Positions 27,256 through 37,239 of a stretch of 64,000 bases of DNA are shown one piece after another (within the stretch, counting starts at the first letter, position 1; each line of letters begins with the position of its first letter). The DNA comes from a virus (lineage: Duplodnaviria; Caudoviricetes), in the IMG/VR virus record IMGVR_UViG_3300021255_004321, positions 1-64,000 of that record; one strand, given 5' to 3'. A program made the translations under genes and the position numbers. The notes beneath the pieces were generated by a model. That model worked only from the letters and a program-made list of their open reading frames with translations. It was not told where the DNA came from and ran no database searches.

Positions 27256-28296
27256 TTACGCTGTTGCGAGTTCTTCGTAAGCTTTTCTTGAGTAGAAGTT
27301 TACGATTGATCTTTTCAAGGCATTTTTTGTTGCTTCTGTGTAATTTAACTTTTCACGAGAAGCCTGAAAGTTCAAAGAACCGATTGGGAAGTGAAGAACC
27401 AAAGTATGATTGTGTGAGTCTTCTTTGAAGAAAGAAATTGCATCGTAATCTCCATCGAAAACCTGTGCAATATCAACATCGTAAGGAACTCCGCCCATAT
27501 CAACGATTGTTCCTGAGAAACGGCCTGCAATCTTTGTGATAAACTTGTTTGCAGCCATCATATCAGCGTCAGTGGCATCGTAAGCATCTGAATACTTGTC
27601 GGTCTTTACAATAAGGCGGTTTTCTCCCTTCAAAAGCTTGCGAATATTGTTGAACTGCTCAAGGCTTTCAACTTCAGCCTGCTGCAGGAATTTGTCAACT
27701 CCATTGAGAAGTTCAGGCATCTGCTGTGCAAAAGCAAGAACAGGAATTGCTTCGTAAATGTAGTTGAAATGCTTGTCAGAAGGAACTGCAAAGTAAACTT
27801 TTGTTCCTGTTTCGTTTGAAGGCTCTTCACCGATAAACTTAAAACGTGGCTTTCTGTCAGGACCGCGGTAACAAAGAGCTGTTCTCTTAATACCGTCTTT
27901 TGAACTTTCAACTGTCCAAGTATCAGCAACAGAGAACGGAGATTTTGCTCCAACTCCAAGGCCACCAATCTGGTCGTTTGTATCACGCTTGTCAGAACCG
28001 CCGTAAGTGAAGACATTACGCATTTTTGCGGCATCCATTCCTATACCGTAATCACGAACCCAGAAAGTTGGGTCAATTTCGTTAGGAAAGTGTATCTGCA
28101 CAGGATTTTCAACTCCTGCAGCGATATTTGCGTCAATTGCGTTTGAAAGAACTTCGCGAATTACTGACTGAATTGGGTTTGAATAGAGCTTTGTCGAAAG
28201 AATGTCGAACAAGCCTGCATCGTTTGAATTGAGTGAAAATACTTCACCGTCGTCGATATTTGACTGAATGTCGGCTGCATTTGCATTGATTACCAT
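27256..28296 (-). CDS. rIIA: rIIA-like GHKL ATPase (N-terminal part)
   Basis: FDILSTKLYSNPIQSVIREVLSNAIDA, RDYGIGM, IGGLGVGAKSPF, ETGTKV. Confidence 0.85.
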   Translation of the reverse strand: MVINANAADIQSNIDDGEVFSLNSNDAGLFDILSTKLYSNPIQSVIREVLSNAIDANIAAGVENPVQIHFPNEIDPTFWVRDYGIGMDAAKMRNVFTYGGSDKRDTNDQIGGLGVGAKSPFSVADTWTVESSKDGIKRTALCYRGPDRKPRFKFIGEEPSNETGTKVYFAVPSDKHFNYIYEAIPVLAFAQQMPELLNGVDKFLQQAEVESLEQFNNIRKLLKGENRLIVKTDKYSDAYDATDADMMAANKFITKIAGRFSGTIVDMGGVPYDVDIAQVFDGDYDAISFFKEDSHNHTLVLHFPIGSLNFQASREKLNYTEATKNALKRSIVNFYSRKAYEELATA

Positions 28297-28320
28297 AGAT
28301 TTTACTCCTTTTGTTTCAAA

Positions 28321-28359
28321 TTACAATAATAATATAAAAGGAGTAAAGTAAAAGTTTAA
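28321..28359 (-). promoter_or_regulatory. Class-1 (putative early) promoter
   Basis: 39-bp conserved motif. Confidence 0.75.
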
Positions 28360-28363
28360 AAAA

Positions 28364-28819
28364 TTATGTAGGAATTTGCACAGAAGCGTCTTTTCCGTAA
28401 ATATAGTCATCTGCGGCAAATAAACCTGTGATTTTGTCCCTAACTGCAACTTTGACATACCAATAAGGTTTTGGTGCCATACATTTGACTTCGCATTGAA
28501 TAATCTCAGCTTGAGGAAATTCTGCTGCTGCTTGTTTGATAAGCTCTGATTTTATAAGAGGTTCTGAGTCAGCATTAAAAGGATATTCGTGGATAGTCTC
28601 TGTTAAGAATCCGCCGTAACCTGCGTTACGAATATAAGAGGTACTTCTTGATTGCAACCACATTTTTAAGGCATTAAGTACAGGTGAGCCTTTTCTTAAT
28701 TCAATGTTCTCAGGATTGCTTGCATCAACACCTTCATAGTTTAAGTCTTGATAATCAATATTCTTTTGTAAAGATTTTTCAAGTTGTTTTAAGTTTCTTA
28801 AAATTACTGAACTTGCCAT
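28364..28819 (-). CDS. Baseplate wedge subunit, gp25-like
   Basis: VLNALKMWLQS..YIRNAGYGGFL...EFPQAEIIQCEV pattern; adjacent tube-like genes. Confidence 0.6.
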   Translation of the reverse strand: MASSVILRNLKQLEKSLQKNIDYQDLNYEGVDASNPENIELRKGSPVLNALKMWLQSRSTSYIRNAGYGGFLTETIHEYPFNADSEPLIKSELIKQAAAEFPQAEIIQCEVKCMAPKPYWYVKVAVRDKITGLFAADDYIYGKDASVQIPT

Positions 28820-28829
28820 TTGTTACCTC

Positions 28830-29474
28830 TTAGAATAAACGAAGCTTTTTAGCAGAACCCCAGAAATCGTCTTCACTAATCTCTGTGATTGCTGATGTTA
28901 CGTTTTGATAATCAATACGAACAACTTTATATGTTACTGTAACTGTTTTAATATCTCCGCCACCTGCAGAATCATATTTAATTTCGCCAATACTTATAGG
29001 TTGCAAGCCTTTCATAAAACAGTAACCTGTCTGCTTTGGAACTGGGAGAGAGTCAAAAGGTGACTCTAAACTTTCATTGCCTTCAACAAAAGCATACTTC
29101 ACAACATTCATATCAATCATAGGTGGGTGTCCGACTGCCCAAATGCCTGTGCCAAAATCAACGGCGCGGCTCATTAAAGCAAGATGATACTTTTGAATTG
29201 AGTCGAAAGCATCTTCATACCAGTTGATTGTGACTGTATCGTTGATAGTTGCTTTCTTTGGAAATGAAGCTCTTAATTGGTCGTCATATTCATACTCAAG
29301 TGTAGGCGGAGTTATTGTAATATCTTTAATACGAAATCTTGCATTCTTAACTCCTGCTGTTCCTATCAAGTCTGCAATAAACAAAGAGTCATTGGCTACA
29401 GGCATAACACCATAAAGGTAGTCTAATGATTGAGATTGAAAATCTAAAAATTCATTCTGAGTTGTGTCTGCCAT
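28830..29474 (-). CDS. Tail-tube-fold protein (gp19/gp54-like)
   Basis: DITITPP, TVTINWYED, GLQPISIGEIKYD..IKTVTVTY. Confidence 0.65.
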   Translation of the reverse strand: MADTTQNEFLDFQSQSLDYLYGVMPVANDSLFIADLIGTAGVKNARFRIKDITITPPTLEYEYDDQLRASFPKKATINDTVTINWYEDAFDSIQKYHLALMSRAVDFGTGIWAVGHPPMIDMNVVKYAFVEGNESLESPFDSLPVPKQTGYCFMKGLQPISIGEIKYDSAGGGDIKTVTVTYKVVRIDYQNVTSAITEISEDDFWGSAKKLRLF

Positions 29475-29484
29475 AAAAAATTAG

Positions 29485-30531
29485 TTAATATTTACCATCA
29501 GCGGTAATGTGAGCAAGTTTTCGATATACGAATGGGAATGTTGCAGAAAGTGGGTCTGCACTGTCGTTCTTAAACTGTATACTTGAACTTCTTCCTAAGA
29601 AGCGGCAATCGTGGAAAATATATCTTTGAACTCTGTCAGTCTTAAATGATTCTGTAGGCGACTTTACAATCTTTACATCAGTTTCACCAAACCCAACTGT
29701 TCCCATAAGGTCGTGATAACGAGAGAATGTAAAGTAGTCAGCATCATATTCAACGACAATGTCCAAGAGTTTACCTTTGCCATTTACTTTACGCATTGCA
29801 ATACCTAAAAAGTTGTAGAAGTTTTTTCCTTCAAGTGGGTGCAGTGGAGAATTTTCTATGAAGTCTTTTCTTTTTCTTTCTGCTGCCCAACAATCTGCAT
29901 TAAGAGCGTGGAAAGCATCAAGAACATACATATTTTGGTCAAGTCTTATTGTAAGGTCCAACTTTGTGTTTCTTTCATAACGGCCTACGACTTTATTTAT
30001 TGTGTGGCCTGCATATTGAATTGTGCCTGTGCTTTGTTTCTTTTGAGGAAACTCTATCCCATCAATTCTTGTGCCTATCAAAGACCATCTTTGCTCAAAA
30101 GGAGTTGAGAGAATGTTGCGTCCTGAGTCGTATGTTACTCTTTCAATGTTTTTTGATACATCAACATCAGTAATGTCTTTTCCGTTATCAACTAATATGA
30201 AATAAACATTATACATATTAGGCATAAAGTCAGGTTCTTGCGACATTAAAACTTCAATAGGTGTTATAGAATCTTCAATCTTTGTAACATCTTTTAAGTT
30301 CTTAATCCAATTTATTTCGTATTGTTCTTGTCCTTCGATAGGAGAAAGTGTTGGCTGAAAATTATCAATCTCTTTTATGTCAGTATAGTCAACTTCAGTA
30401 TTAAGCTTGTGCTCAGTGAGATCATCATTATCTATACGAGTTGTCTTTTTTGTATTTGTTACATCTTCCAATGTATATTCTTGTGAAACATCATCAAGAT
30501 GAACTTCATTGATTTGAGTGTAGTCAACCAT
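29485..30531 (-). CDS. Tail-tube-fold protein with N-terminal extension
   Basis: IDGIEFPQ..IQYAG, LDLTIRLDQ, YIFHDCRF..IQF..PLSATFPFVY. Confidence 0.55.
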   Translation of the reverse strand: MVDYTQINEVHLDDVSQEYTLEDVTNTKKTTRIDNDDLTEHKLNTEVDYTDIKEIDNFQPTLSPIEGQEQYEINWIKNLKDVTKIEDSITPIEVLMSQEPDFMPNMYNVYFILVDNGKDITDVDVSKNIERVTYDSGRNILSTPFEQRWSLIGTRIDGIEFPQKKQSTGTIQYAGHTINKVVGRYERNTKLDLTIRLDQNMYVLDAFHALNADCWAAERKRKDFIENSPLHPLEGKNFYNFLGIAMRKVNGKGKLLDIVVEYDADYFTFSRYHDLMGTVGFGETDVKIVKSPTESFKTDRVQRYIFHDCRFLGRSSSIQFKNDSADPLSATFPFVYRKLAHITADGKY

Positions 30532-30546
30532 AATCTAATTAGTCAT

Positions 30547-30570
30547 AAAAAAGGAGGCCGAAGCCTCCTT
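30547..30570 (-). terminator. Intrinsic terminator after recA
   Basis: C(UUCG)G hairpin plus U tract. Confidence 0.85.
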
Positions 30571-30602
30571 GGAGTTTATTATGTCTACATTATGAATGTA
30601 TT

Positions 30603-31793
30603 CTACGCTTCATCTGCTGCTTCGTTTTCCTCAGCCTGAGCAACAAGTTTCTCGTATTCTTCTTTAGAGAAGTTCTGTTCTGCCCACTGTTCTTCGTCAG
30701 CAGTATTTTCCATACCTTCAATCTCATTAGAGATGATGTCCATAATTACATTCTTAATTGCATCCCATTCTTCAGGTTTTACTTCACCTGACTGAATTGC
30801 TTTTACGAAAGCGTCTTTTCCGTGGTAATTCCAACCAAAGTTATTCTTTGAATTGTAGTAACCCTTTGAGCGGCAGTCAACAAGTTTAAGTAATCTTGGG
30901 TCTTCTGCAAAGTCATACAAGAAGTCAACATATTCTCCATCAGAATTGAAGCCGCCTTTGTAGTAAAGGTCCATTTCACATTCACGGAATGGAATACCTG
31001 TCTTGTTCTTCATATTGCGGACCTGCATATGAATACCTACAACTTTTGAGCCTTCTGTAAGGTTTTCAATCTTACGAACACGGTTAAGAGTTGAAGCAAC
31101 ATATTTCAAAGCGTATCCACCAGTTGTTGCGATTGCGTGAGACATTGTATTCATCTGAGCACGCTCTTGTGAAATAACAAACATTGTTGTGTGGTAGTTG
31201 GCACAAAGAATGTTGAAACGATTACAGAAGTCTTTCAAAGCTTTTGCATTGTTACCGAAGTTTGCTTTGTTGAATTCATCATCAAGAACTGTCTTTGTTA
31301 CTGACATTGACTCAGAGTCAAAAATAACACAAGCAACTGTGTTTGACTTAATCATCTGCTCGAGAGCAAAAGCGCCTTCTTCAAGGTTATCAGGTTGCAA
31401 CAATGTAAAGTGAGCATCTTTGTTGATTGAGCCATCTGGGTTTACCAAAGATGTTACATCAAGACCGTTTTCTTTTGCGTGGTCTGGGTCGAAAGAACGC
31501 TCAAAGTCCATATAAACAACCATATCGTGGTCAGCAAGTTCTGGGAACTGTTCTCCCAAGTGTTTCTGAAACTGACCTGCAATATAAGTACAAATTGTAG
31601 ACTTACCGCCCGACTCAGGTCCAATGTAACGGTGAACTGCTCCGATCTTAATACCGCCACCATACATAAAAGAAAGACGAGGAGAATCAAGTCTCAACAT
31701 CTTTTTAAGAGTATTTGAATCTGCAGGCTTAATTGCGTTTGCACATTTCTTCTGAACTGCAGCAACCGCCTTCAAAAAATCTGGACTAGCCAT
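30603..31793 (-). CDS. recA: RecA/UvsX recombinase
   Basis: GPESGGKST, YMDFERSFD, VIFDS, ISQER, TTGGYALKY, KNKTGIPFR. Confidence 0.93.
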   Translation of the reverse strand: MASPDFLKAVAAVQKKCANAIKPADSNTLKKMLRLDSPRLSFMYGGGIKIGAVHRYIGPESGGKSTICTYIAGQFQKHLGEQFPELADHDMVVYMDFERSFDPDHAKENGLDVTSLVNPDGSINKDAHFTLLQPDNLEEGAFALEQMIKSNTVACVIFDSESMSVTKTVLDDEFNKANFGNNAKALKDFCNRFNILCANYHTTMFVISQERAQMNTMSHAIATTGGYALKYVASTLNRVRKIENLTEGSKVVGIHMQVRNMKNKTGIPFRECEMDLYYKGGFNSDGEYVDFLYDFAEDPRLLKLVDCRSKGYYNSKNNFGWNYHGKDAFVKAIQSGEVKPEEWDAIKNVIMDIISNEIEGMENTADEEQWAEQNFSKEEYEKLVAQAEENEAADEA

Positions 31794-31880
31794 TTTTCCT
31801 CCATAAATATAAAGGCCATATCAAAAGTTGATTGCTCTATTTATAGAGGACACCTTGTAATAAAAATATATTAACAGTTA

Positions 31881-32558
31881 TTAAAAACCATCAAGCAAGG
31901 CGTTGAATTCATCTTCAATCCAATTGCCACTTAAAGTACGATGCATTGTTAAATTCATACGAGGCTGTGTTCTTGGCTGAGGCACATAAGTTCCATTTGC
32001 TTTTTGTTCTTCAATCTTTTTCTGCCACTCAGGTTTCTCAGACTTTGCTTCATAAGGTGACAACTTTATGCCATCTTCACGAAGCTTTTGTCCTACGGGT
32101 TTAACTTCTGCGCCTGCTTCTTCAAACTTTTTTATAAAATCTGGCTTCCCAGGCTGATGTGGGTCTGTAACTTCAAAGTTGTGGTCACCAAAAAGACCAA
32201 TCTTTGCATCGTATTTATTCAAGAAAGCAATTGTCTTATAGTTGCCACGAATAATCATACCTTCATTTTTTGGGTTATGACATTCACCATAAATAAACTT
32301 TATATAGCCTTCTTCAGGTGTGTTACCCATTCCTTGAAAGTACTGCATATCATCAATGTCAACATCAATATAGTTGCCTCTGTTTTTTGCAACTGTAATG
32401 TGTGGCATTATTGCACCATCTTTTGTAACAGCTTCTCTTTCAGTATCTGGGTTATCTTCAACAGGCTTTGCCTCTTCCTCAACCAAGTCTTTATCAATAA
32501 GACCTAATGCTTTGAGTGCTTCAAGCTCTGTTTCTGAATATCCTTCAATGTCAACCAT
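31881..32558 (-). CDS. Hypothetical protein
   Basis: TAATG coupling to kinase stop (start MVDIEG). Confidence 0.7.
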   Translation of the reverse strand: MVDIEGYSETELEALKALGLIDKDLVEEEAKPVEDNPDTEREAVTKDGAIMPHITVAKNRGNYIDVDIDDMQYFQGMGNTPEEGYIKFIYGECHNPKNEGMIIRGNYKTIAFLNKYDAKIGLFGDHNFEVTDPHQPGKPDFIKKFEEAGAEVKPVGQKLREDGIKLSPYEAKSEKPEWQKKIEEQKANGTYVPQPRTQPRMNLTMHRTLSGNWIEDEFNALLDGF

Positions 32559-33118
32559 TACATCCCTCCAAAGATAAACGGGTAAACGTCTTGTTCCCAA
32601 ATCTCTTCAGGTGTTCTTCCGTTCAAATGAATAAGCTTCTTATCCAAAGAAGACATTTCATATGCTCTTTCGAAAGCAGCAAGTTCTTGCTTCTTCTTAT
32701 CAATGTCAAGTGAGAACGACAAACCATCGCCTCTTTTCTTGTCTCTTTCAATAACTGCTTCAGGAGTATCTGTAAACACAATCAACTTTGTTACTGGGTT
32801 ATTATGCTTTACATAATCTTTTTCATAATCGAAAACAAAGTCACCTGAATAATTACGATATATAGGTGAGTAAACTGTTTCACCAAGATGTGCACGGTCA
32901 AATATCAAAACATTTTGATTTGGAACAACTGACATCAAGCGGAACATTTCACGATAACGAATCTGTGAAGCAACTTTAATTGCATCATTTGTTTCAAGTT
33001 TAATGTTTGAATAATGAACAATGTGAACAGCTTTTGCAAGCTTCTCAAATTCTTTTTCAATAAGAGCTATCTGGGTGCCTTTACCCATAGCATCGCATCC
33101 CTCAATAATTACATTCAT
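32558..33118 (-). CDS. tmk: Thymidylate/dNMP kinase
   Basis: IIEGCDAMGKGT P-loop; IFDRAHLGETVY. Confidence 0.88.
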   Translation of the reverse strand: MNVIIEGCDAMGKGTQIALIEKEFEKLAKAVHIVHYSNIKLETNDAIKVASQIRYREMFRLMSVVPNQNVLIFDRAHLGETVYSPIYRNYSGDFVFDYEKDYVKHNNPVTKLIVFTDTPEAVIERDKKRGDGLSFSLDIDKKKQELAAFERAYEMSSLDKKLIHLNGRTPEEIWEQDVYPFIFGGM

Positions 33119-33133
33119 AAATAAATATTAACC

Positions 33134-34471
33134 TCAGTCTTTGATAATTCTGCGACCTACAGGCGCAGTTGTAGTCCCATTCAATTCTTTTTCACGAGCA
33201 TCAATAACAGGACCAAATGTATCACAAATGAAATCACCGTTAAAGTATTTGTCTTCAAGGATGTCATAAAATTGTTTCAACAACTTTGCATATTCATCAC
33301 GGTGTTCATACAAATAATCAATCTTTTCCCACATTTCTTTAGGAGAAGAAACTTTTACATAGTCTGGGAACTCTTTGAAGTAGCCATCAGTGTCATAAGA
33401 GTTCTTGTCATAAAATGGAATAATACCATAATAAACCATTTTCCAAGGCTTCTGTGTTACAAAGTTTGGAAGACGATGGTCAAATGCAGGAACATAAGTA
33501 AACATTGTTTCCCACATCTCAGGCTGCATCTGCACAATACCTTTTTCGATAAAAGTATTAGGATGCTTCTGCTTTGCTTCATCACCCCACTTTCCGTAAA
33601 CCTTTTCCTCAGGATGAATATCAAGAACCCACTTTTCAAGATAAGACAAACGGTCAGTACCATCATTCAAAGTAAGAACAAACTTTCTCTTTTTCTGATA
33701 AACATTTCCGTTTACTTCAATGTGGTCAGGATTGCTGAAATCAATCTTTGGCATATTTGCCATAAACATTCTTTCAAGTCCTGCATATTTGAAATGCAAC
33801 TTGTGTTCAACATACTCACCTGAGTTGTATCTTACAAGACGCTTTACAGAATACTTGTCACTTTCAATCTGGGAGAATGTAAAGATTTCGTGATTGATAA
33901 TATCTTTATGATTTGATGGCACATATCTTGGGTCTTCATTGATATTATACCAAGGGAAGCCCTGCTTATTCAAAAGATGTATCATCGGTCCACAATAATT
34001 TGCTGCCATCTGCATTGGGATTGCTTCAGTTGGTTTTGTTGCACAAATAATACCTTCACCACCGACTGATACTGAAGCATCAGGTCCTTGCATAAAAAGA
34101 CCTAAGTCGAACTTCAAACCAAGATGGTCAACATACTCATCAAGTGTTCGCCAAGCTTCACATCCTTTCTTATGTGTATCAGTTCTTTCCTTACATTTTT
34201 CTTTTCCTGCGAACTCTCTTGCCTGAGCGTGTAAGTCAATAATGTTACTTGGGATGTCAACTTTCTTAAAGACGTTTCCAAACCCGATTGCACTGTTCTT
34301 CTTTTTGAAATCAGCAAAGTCAGATGCACCTACAATATAAAACTTATGCTGCGGGTATCTTTTTGCAAGAGTAAAATAAAATATTTTTGGGCTGTCATCA
34401 CCTGCATAAATCGACCAAGACTTTTCATCAAAGTACATTGAACGACCAAATTTTCCAATCGCAATATTCAT
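33134..34471 (-). CDS. GT-B glycosyltransferase, resembling phage DNA glycosyltransferases
   Basis: MNIAIGK start, INEDPRY, VYGKW, VTQKPWKMVYYGIIPF, VSSPKEMWEKI; gene context. Confidence 0.6.
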   Translation of the reverse strand: MNIAIGKFGRSMYFDEKSWSIYAGDDSPKIFYFTLAKRYPQHKFYIVGASDFADFKKKNSAIGFGNVFKKVDIPSNIIDLHAQAREFAGKEKCKERTDTHKKGCEAWRTLDEYVDHLGLKFDLGLFMQGPDASVSVGGEGIICATKPTEAIPMQMAANYCGPMIHLLNKQGFPWYNINEDPRYVPSNHKDIINHEIFTFSQIESDKYSVKRLVRYNSGEYVEHKLHFKYAGLERMFMANMPKIDFSNPDHIEVNGNVYQKKRKFVLTLNDGTDRLSYLEKWVLDIHPEEKVYGKWGDEAKQKHPNTFIEKGIVQMQPEMWETMFTYVPAFDHRLPNFVTQKPWKMVYYGIIPFYDKNSYDTDGYFKEFPDYVKVSSPKEMWEKIDYLYEHRDEYAKLLKQFYDILEDKYFNGDFICDTFGPVIDAREKELNGTTTAPVGRRIIKD

Positions 34472-35028
34472 TAGTTGTAACCTCTTACGATATAATAATT
34501 TATTCCTGCAGCCATTGCTGCTTCAATACCTGTCTTTGAATCTTCAAACACAATACAAGTTGAAGGTATCTCATCGAAGTGTTGCATAGTTTTAATGTAG
34601 CACTCAGGTGATGGCTTTGTTTCAACAACATCTTCCTGTCCTACAATAATATCAAACACATCAGTAATCTTGAAGTATTCCAAGATATTATTTATATTAA
34701 CTTTCGATGCTGCAGACACCAAAGCAATTTTCCACTTTCTTGACTTAAGGCCTTTAAGCATTTCAATCAACGGAGTATTAAGGGCACCATTTTTGATATA
34801 CTTTTTATAAAGTTCCTTTTTCTCATCGTGTATCTGCTGCATAACTTCGGGCGTTATTCTAGGGTCAAGCTGTTTCAAAAAGATTTTATAATTAAGCCCG
34901 TTCCATTCTTTGCAATACTGTTCGTAACCAACATCATACCCGTGCTTTTCGCAGGCTTCTTTGTAAGCAAAGTAATTTATGTTATTTGTGTTGACGAGTG
35001 TACCGTCTAAATCAACCATTGCAAGCAT
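34471..35028 (-). CDS. HAD phosphatase (beta-PGM-like)
   Basis: DLDGTLVN, VSAA, KPSPECY, FEDSKTGI. Confidence 0.9.
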   Translation of the reverse strand: MLAMVDLDGTLVNTNNINYFAYKEACEKHGYDVGYEQYCKEWNGLNYKIFLKQLDPRITPEVMQQIHDEKKELYKKYIKNGALNTPLIEMLKGLKSRKWKIALVSAASKVNINNILEYFKITDVFDIIVGQEDVVETKPSPECYIKTMQHFDEIPSTCIVFEDSKTGIEAAMAAGINYYIVRGYN

Positions 35029-35031
35029 TCT

Positions 35032-35946
35032 TTATTCTCTCCAAAAATCATTTAAGTTAACATACTGTGAATAGTATCCGTTATCTTTAGGCTCAGGTAA
35101 ACAATCGAAAAGACTCTTGACATATTTTATATTATCACTGCACCAACGTTTTGTAACATCATCTTTTGCATAAGGCACAATACGATAGATTTTGAAAAGT
35201 AAGAAAATCAAAATCTTTTTCATCCTAGTGCGATTATTACCGCCAACTCTTTCCAAAAATTCTTGAGAGAATCTTCTTAAGTATTTTTTGTCATCTTCGT
35301 CGAGTTCAGTGTAACGATAAGACCAATGACATAAGCTGTCCTGAAGAACTGTTGCAATATCAATGTAAGGTGTATCAATGAATGAGTCAAGAAAGTCAAT
35401 AAGGTATAGAACTCTCGCGGCAGTAGAATATGTTTCTTTATGTCCTACGATGATATTTTCAAGAGTAAGATCTCCGTGACAGTAACCACCTTTTATGTCT
35501 CCAAGATCTTGTTCAAACTCTTTCAAGAATTCTCGAAGTTCACTCTGAAGTTCAGGAGTCTTTTTAATCATATCATCAATCTTATTTTTGAAAATTACTT
35601 TAGAATTCCAAACCTTTCCAAAAGTAAAGTTGCTTGATATAAAAGCGCCGAGGTCTTCTGCTGAAGAAATACCTTTATGTTTAAGCAACTCTTCTGCAAG
35701 TGTATCACCTTCAATAAACGGCATCGTTACTGTAACTTTCAAATCATTACCAACCAAGTCTTCTTTAATGTTCAAGACAGGCGTCCCTTCGATTGAGTTA
35801 CGAGTACCACTCCAACTTGTTGCACAATACTGTTTTTGTGCCTGTTCACGAAGTCTTGGTGCATAAGAGCCAATTGCAGTCTTTACAACCTTATCGCCCT
35901 GCTGCTCAATGTTACAACCCGAGTTTCCCTTTAAGTTCATTCTCAC
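35032..35946 (-). CDS. APH/choline-kinase-fold phosphotransferase (sugar kinase-like)
   Basis: GNSGC, VVK, CHGDLTLENI, LIDFLD. Confidence 0.85.
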   Translation of the reverse strand: MRMNLKGNSGCNIEQQGDKVVKTAIGSYAPRLREQAQKQYCATSWSGTRNSIEGTPVLNIKEDLVGNDLKVTVTMPFIEGDTLAEELLKHKGISSAEDLGAFISSNFTFGKVWNSKVIFKNKIDDMIKKTPELQSELREFLKEFEQDLGDIKGGYCHGDLTLENIIVGHKETYSTAARVLYLIDFLDSFIDTPYIDIATVLQDSLCHWSYRYTELDEDDKKYLRRFSQEFLERVGGNNRTRMKKILIFLLFKIYRIVPYAKDDVTKRWCSDNIKYVKSLFDCLPEPKDNGYYSQYVNLNDFWRE

Positions 35947-36643
35947 TTACCTCTGATTTTAATTCTTTAAGTTCATCAGGTGTTCCAAACTCAAAGTGTT
36001 CTTTAACATCAATTCGTTTCACATTGAGTAAGTAATTGTATAAGCCTGACATATAATATTCTTTTTGTGTGCCGTCATTAAAATAAAGAACTGCAGCTTT
36101 TGCAAAAATGTCCGCATTCTTAAAATAATAACAACCAAAGATTGCATAGTTTGAAACAGGATTTTTCTCAACAGTTCCTGCATACTGTGTATCTTTTCCG
36201 CCGATGTATTTGATGTAACCGAAGTGTGGCTCTCTTGACTTAAACGACATAATCGCAGCTTCAACATCTTCACTTATATCAAAGTTTTCGCAACTCATCG
36301 CGTGGTCACAATCCTGAAATACAATTGGGTCACCATCAGCAAACTGTGATATTCCTGACAAAGCAGTATACACAGGGCCGTTTAACTGATAAGGGAGAAC
36401 AGAAATTTTAGCACCTGGGAAATACTCATAAATCTTTTTATCAATCTGCCATTCATCAATATGTTCTTGAAGAACAATGAATGTTATGTCTTTCATTGGG
36501 AAAGCTCTGATTGCTGACTGCGCAGCCCACCAAAAGAATGGCTTTCCGTAAAGTTCAATAAGTGGCTTTGGTACAGTTATGTCGTCTTTCTTAAATCTTG
36601 AACCTGCGCCACCGCAAGGTATAACAATATGCACTTTGTTCAT
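35912..36643 (-). CDS. Sugar-phosphate nucleotidyltransferase (NTP transferase)
   Basis: IPCGGAGSRF, PKPLI, DCD, EKNPVS, FGTPDEL. Confidence 0.88.
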   Translation of the reverse strand: MNKVHIVIPCGGAGSRFKKDDITVPKPLIELYGKPFFWWAAQSAIRAFPMKDITFIVLQEHIDEWQIDKKIYEYFPGAKISVLPYQLNGPVYTALSGISQFADGDPIVFQDCDHAMSCENFDISEDVEAAIMSFKSREPHFGYIKYIGGKDTQYAGTVEKNPVSNYAIFGCYYFKNADIFAKAAVLYFNDGTQKEYYMSGLYNYLLNVKRIDVKEHFEFGTPDELKELKSEVSENELKGKLGL

Positions 36644-36673
36644 AAAATGATATTAACATCCTATATAAAAATT

Positions 36674-36700
36674 AAGAGGAACTTGCGTTCCTCTTTTTTT
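36674..36700. terminator. Intrinsic terminator
   Basis: AAGAGGAAC/GTTCCTCTT stem with T tracts. Confidence 0.7.
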
Positions 36701-36714
36701 GATAAAGTTCTTAA

Positions 36715-37236
36715 TTAAAGCTCAGGAGCATTTAAGATGTCATTATCAAGTTTCTCGAAAGCCTTCTTACGGAATTCGATAATGTCTTTATAATGCTCTT
36801 TATACTTTCTGATAGCAGCATTAGTTGCGGCAACCTGAATGTTGTAGTACTGGTCGTCAAGCTCTTTCTGCTTTGCTTCGATTTCAGTCTTTTCTTTTAC
36901 TTCTTTCTGTGCGCCTTCGCAGTCGCAAGAGAATGTAATTGAATCCTTACCTACAAGAACAGCTTCACCCTCAACCTTTGCTTTCTTTCCACAGTAAGGG
37001 CAATAAACAGCATCTTCGTAAATAGTTTTGATTTCTTTTGCGAAGTCTGTAAGTTCCTTTTCCTGTTCAGGAGCAGGCTGTCTTCCATTAAGCTGCTTCT
37101 TTACATTACGCCAATTTCTTAACTTGGCTTCCTGATCTTCGTTAATGCAAAGTGCAAATGTTGAAGCACCCGACTTTGCAATAACTTTGCCCAAAAGTTC
37201 CTTCTGAGCATCTGTCAAAATAGTATCTTTTGCCAT
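36715..37236 (-). CDS. Hypothetical protein with CPYC/CDC Zn motif and coiled coil
   Basis: GGAG SD; ORF in operon. Confidence 0.7.
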   Translation of the reverse strand: MAKDTILTDAQKELLGKVIAKSGASTFALCINEDQEAKLRNWRNVKKQLNGRQPAPEQEKELTDFAKEIKTIYEDAVYCPYCGKKAKVEGEAVLVGKDSITFSCDCEGAQKEVKEKTEIEAKQKELDDQYYNIQVAATNAAIRKYKEHYKDIIEFRKKAFEKLDNDILNAPEL

Positions 37237-37239
37237 TTG

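Noticed and set aside
18603-30570. Identical 24-bp hairpins at 18603 and 30547 as mobile-element ends or CRISPR repeats
   Set aside because: Both are C(UUCG)G intrinsic terminators after minus-strand genes; no array, spacers or transposase.
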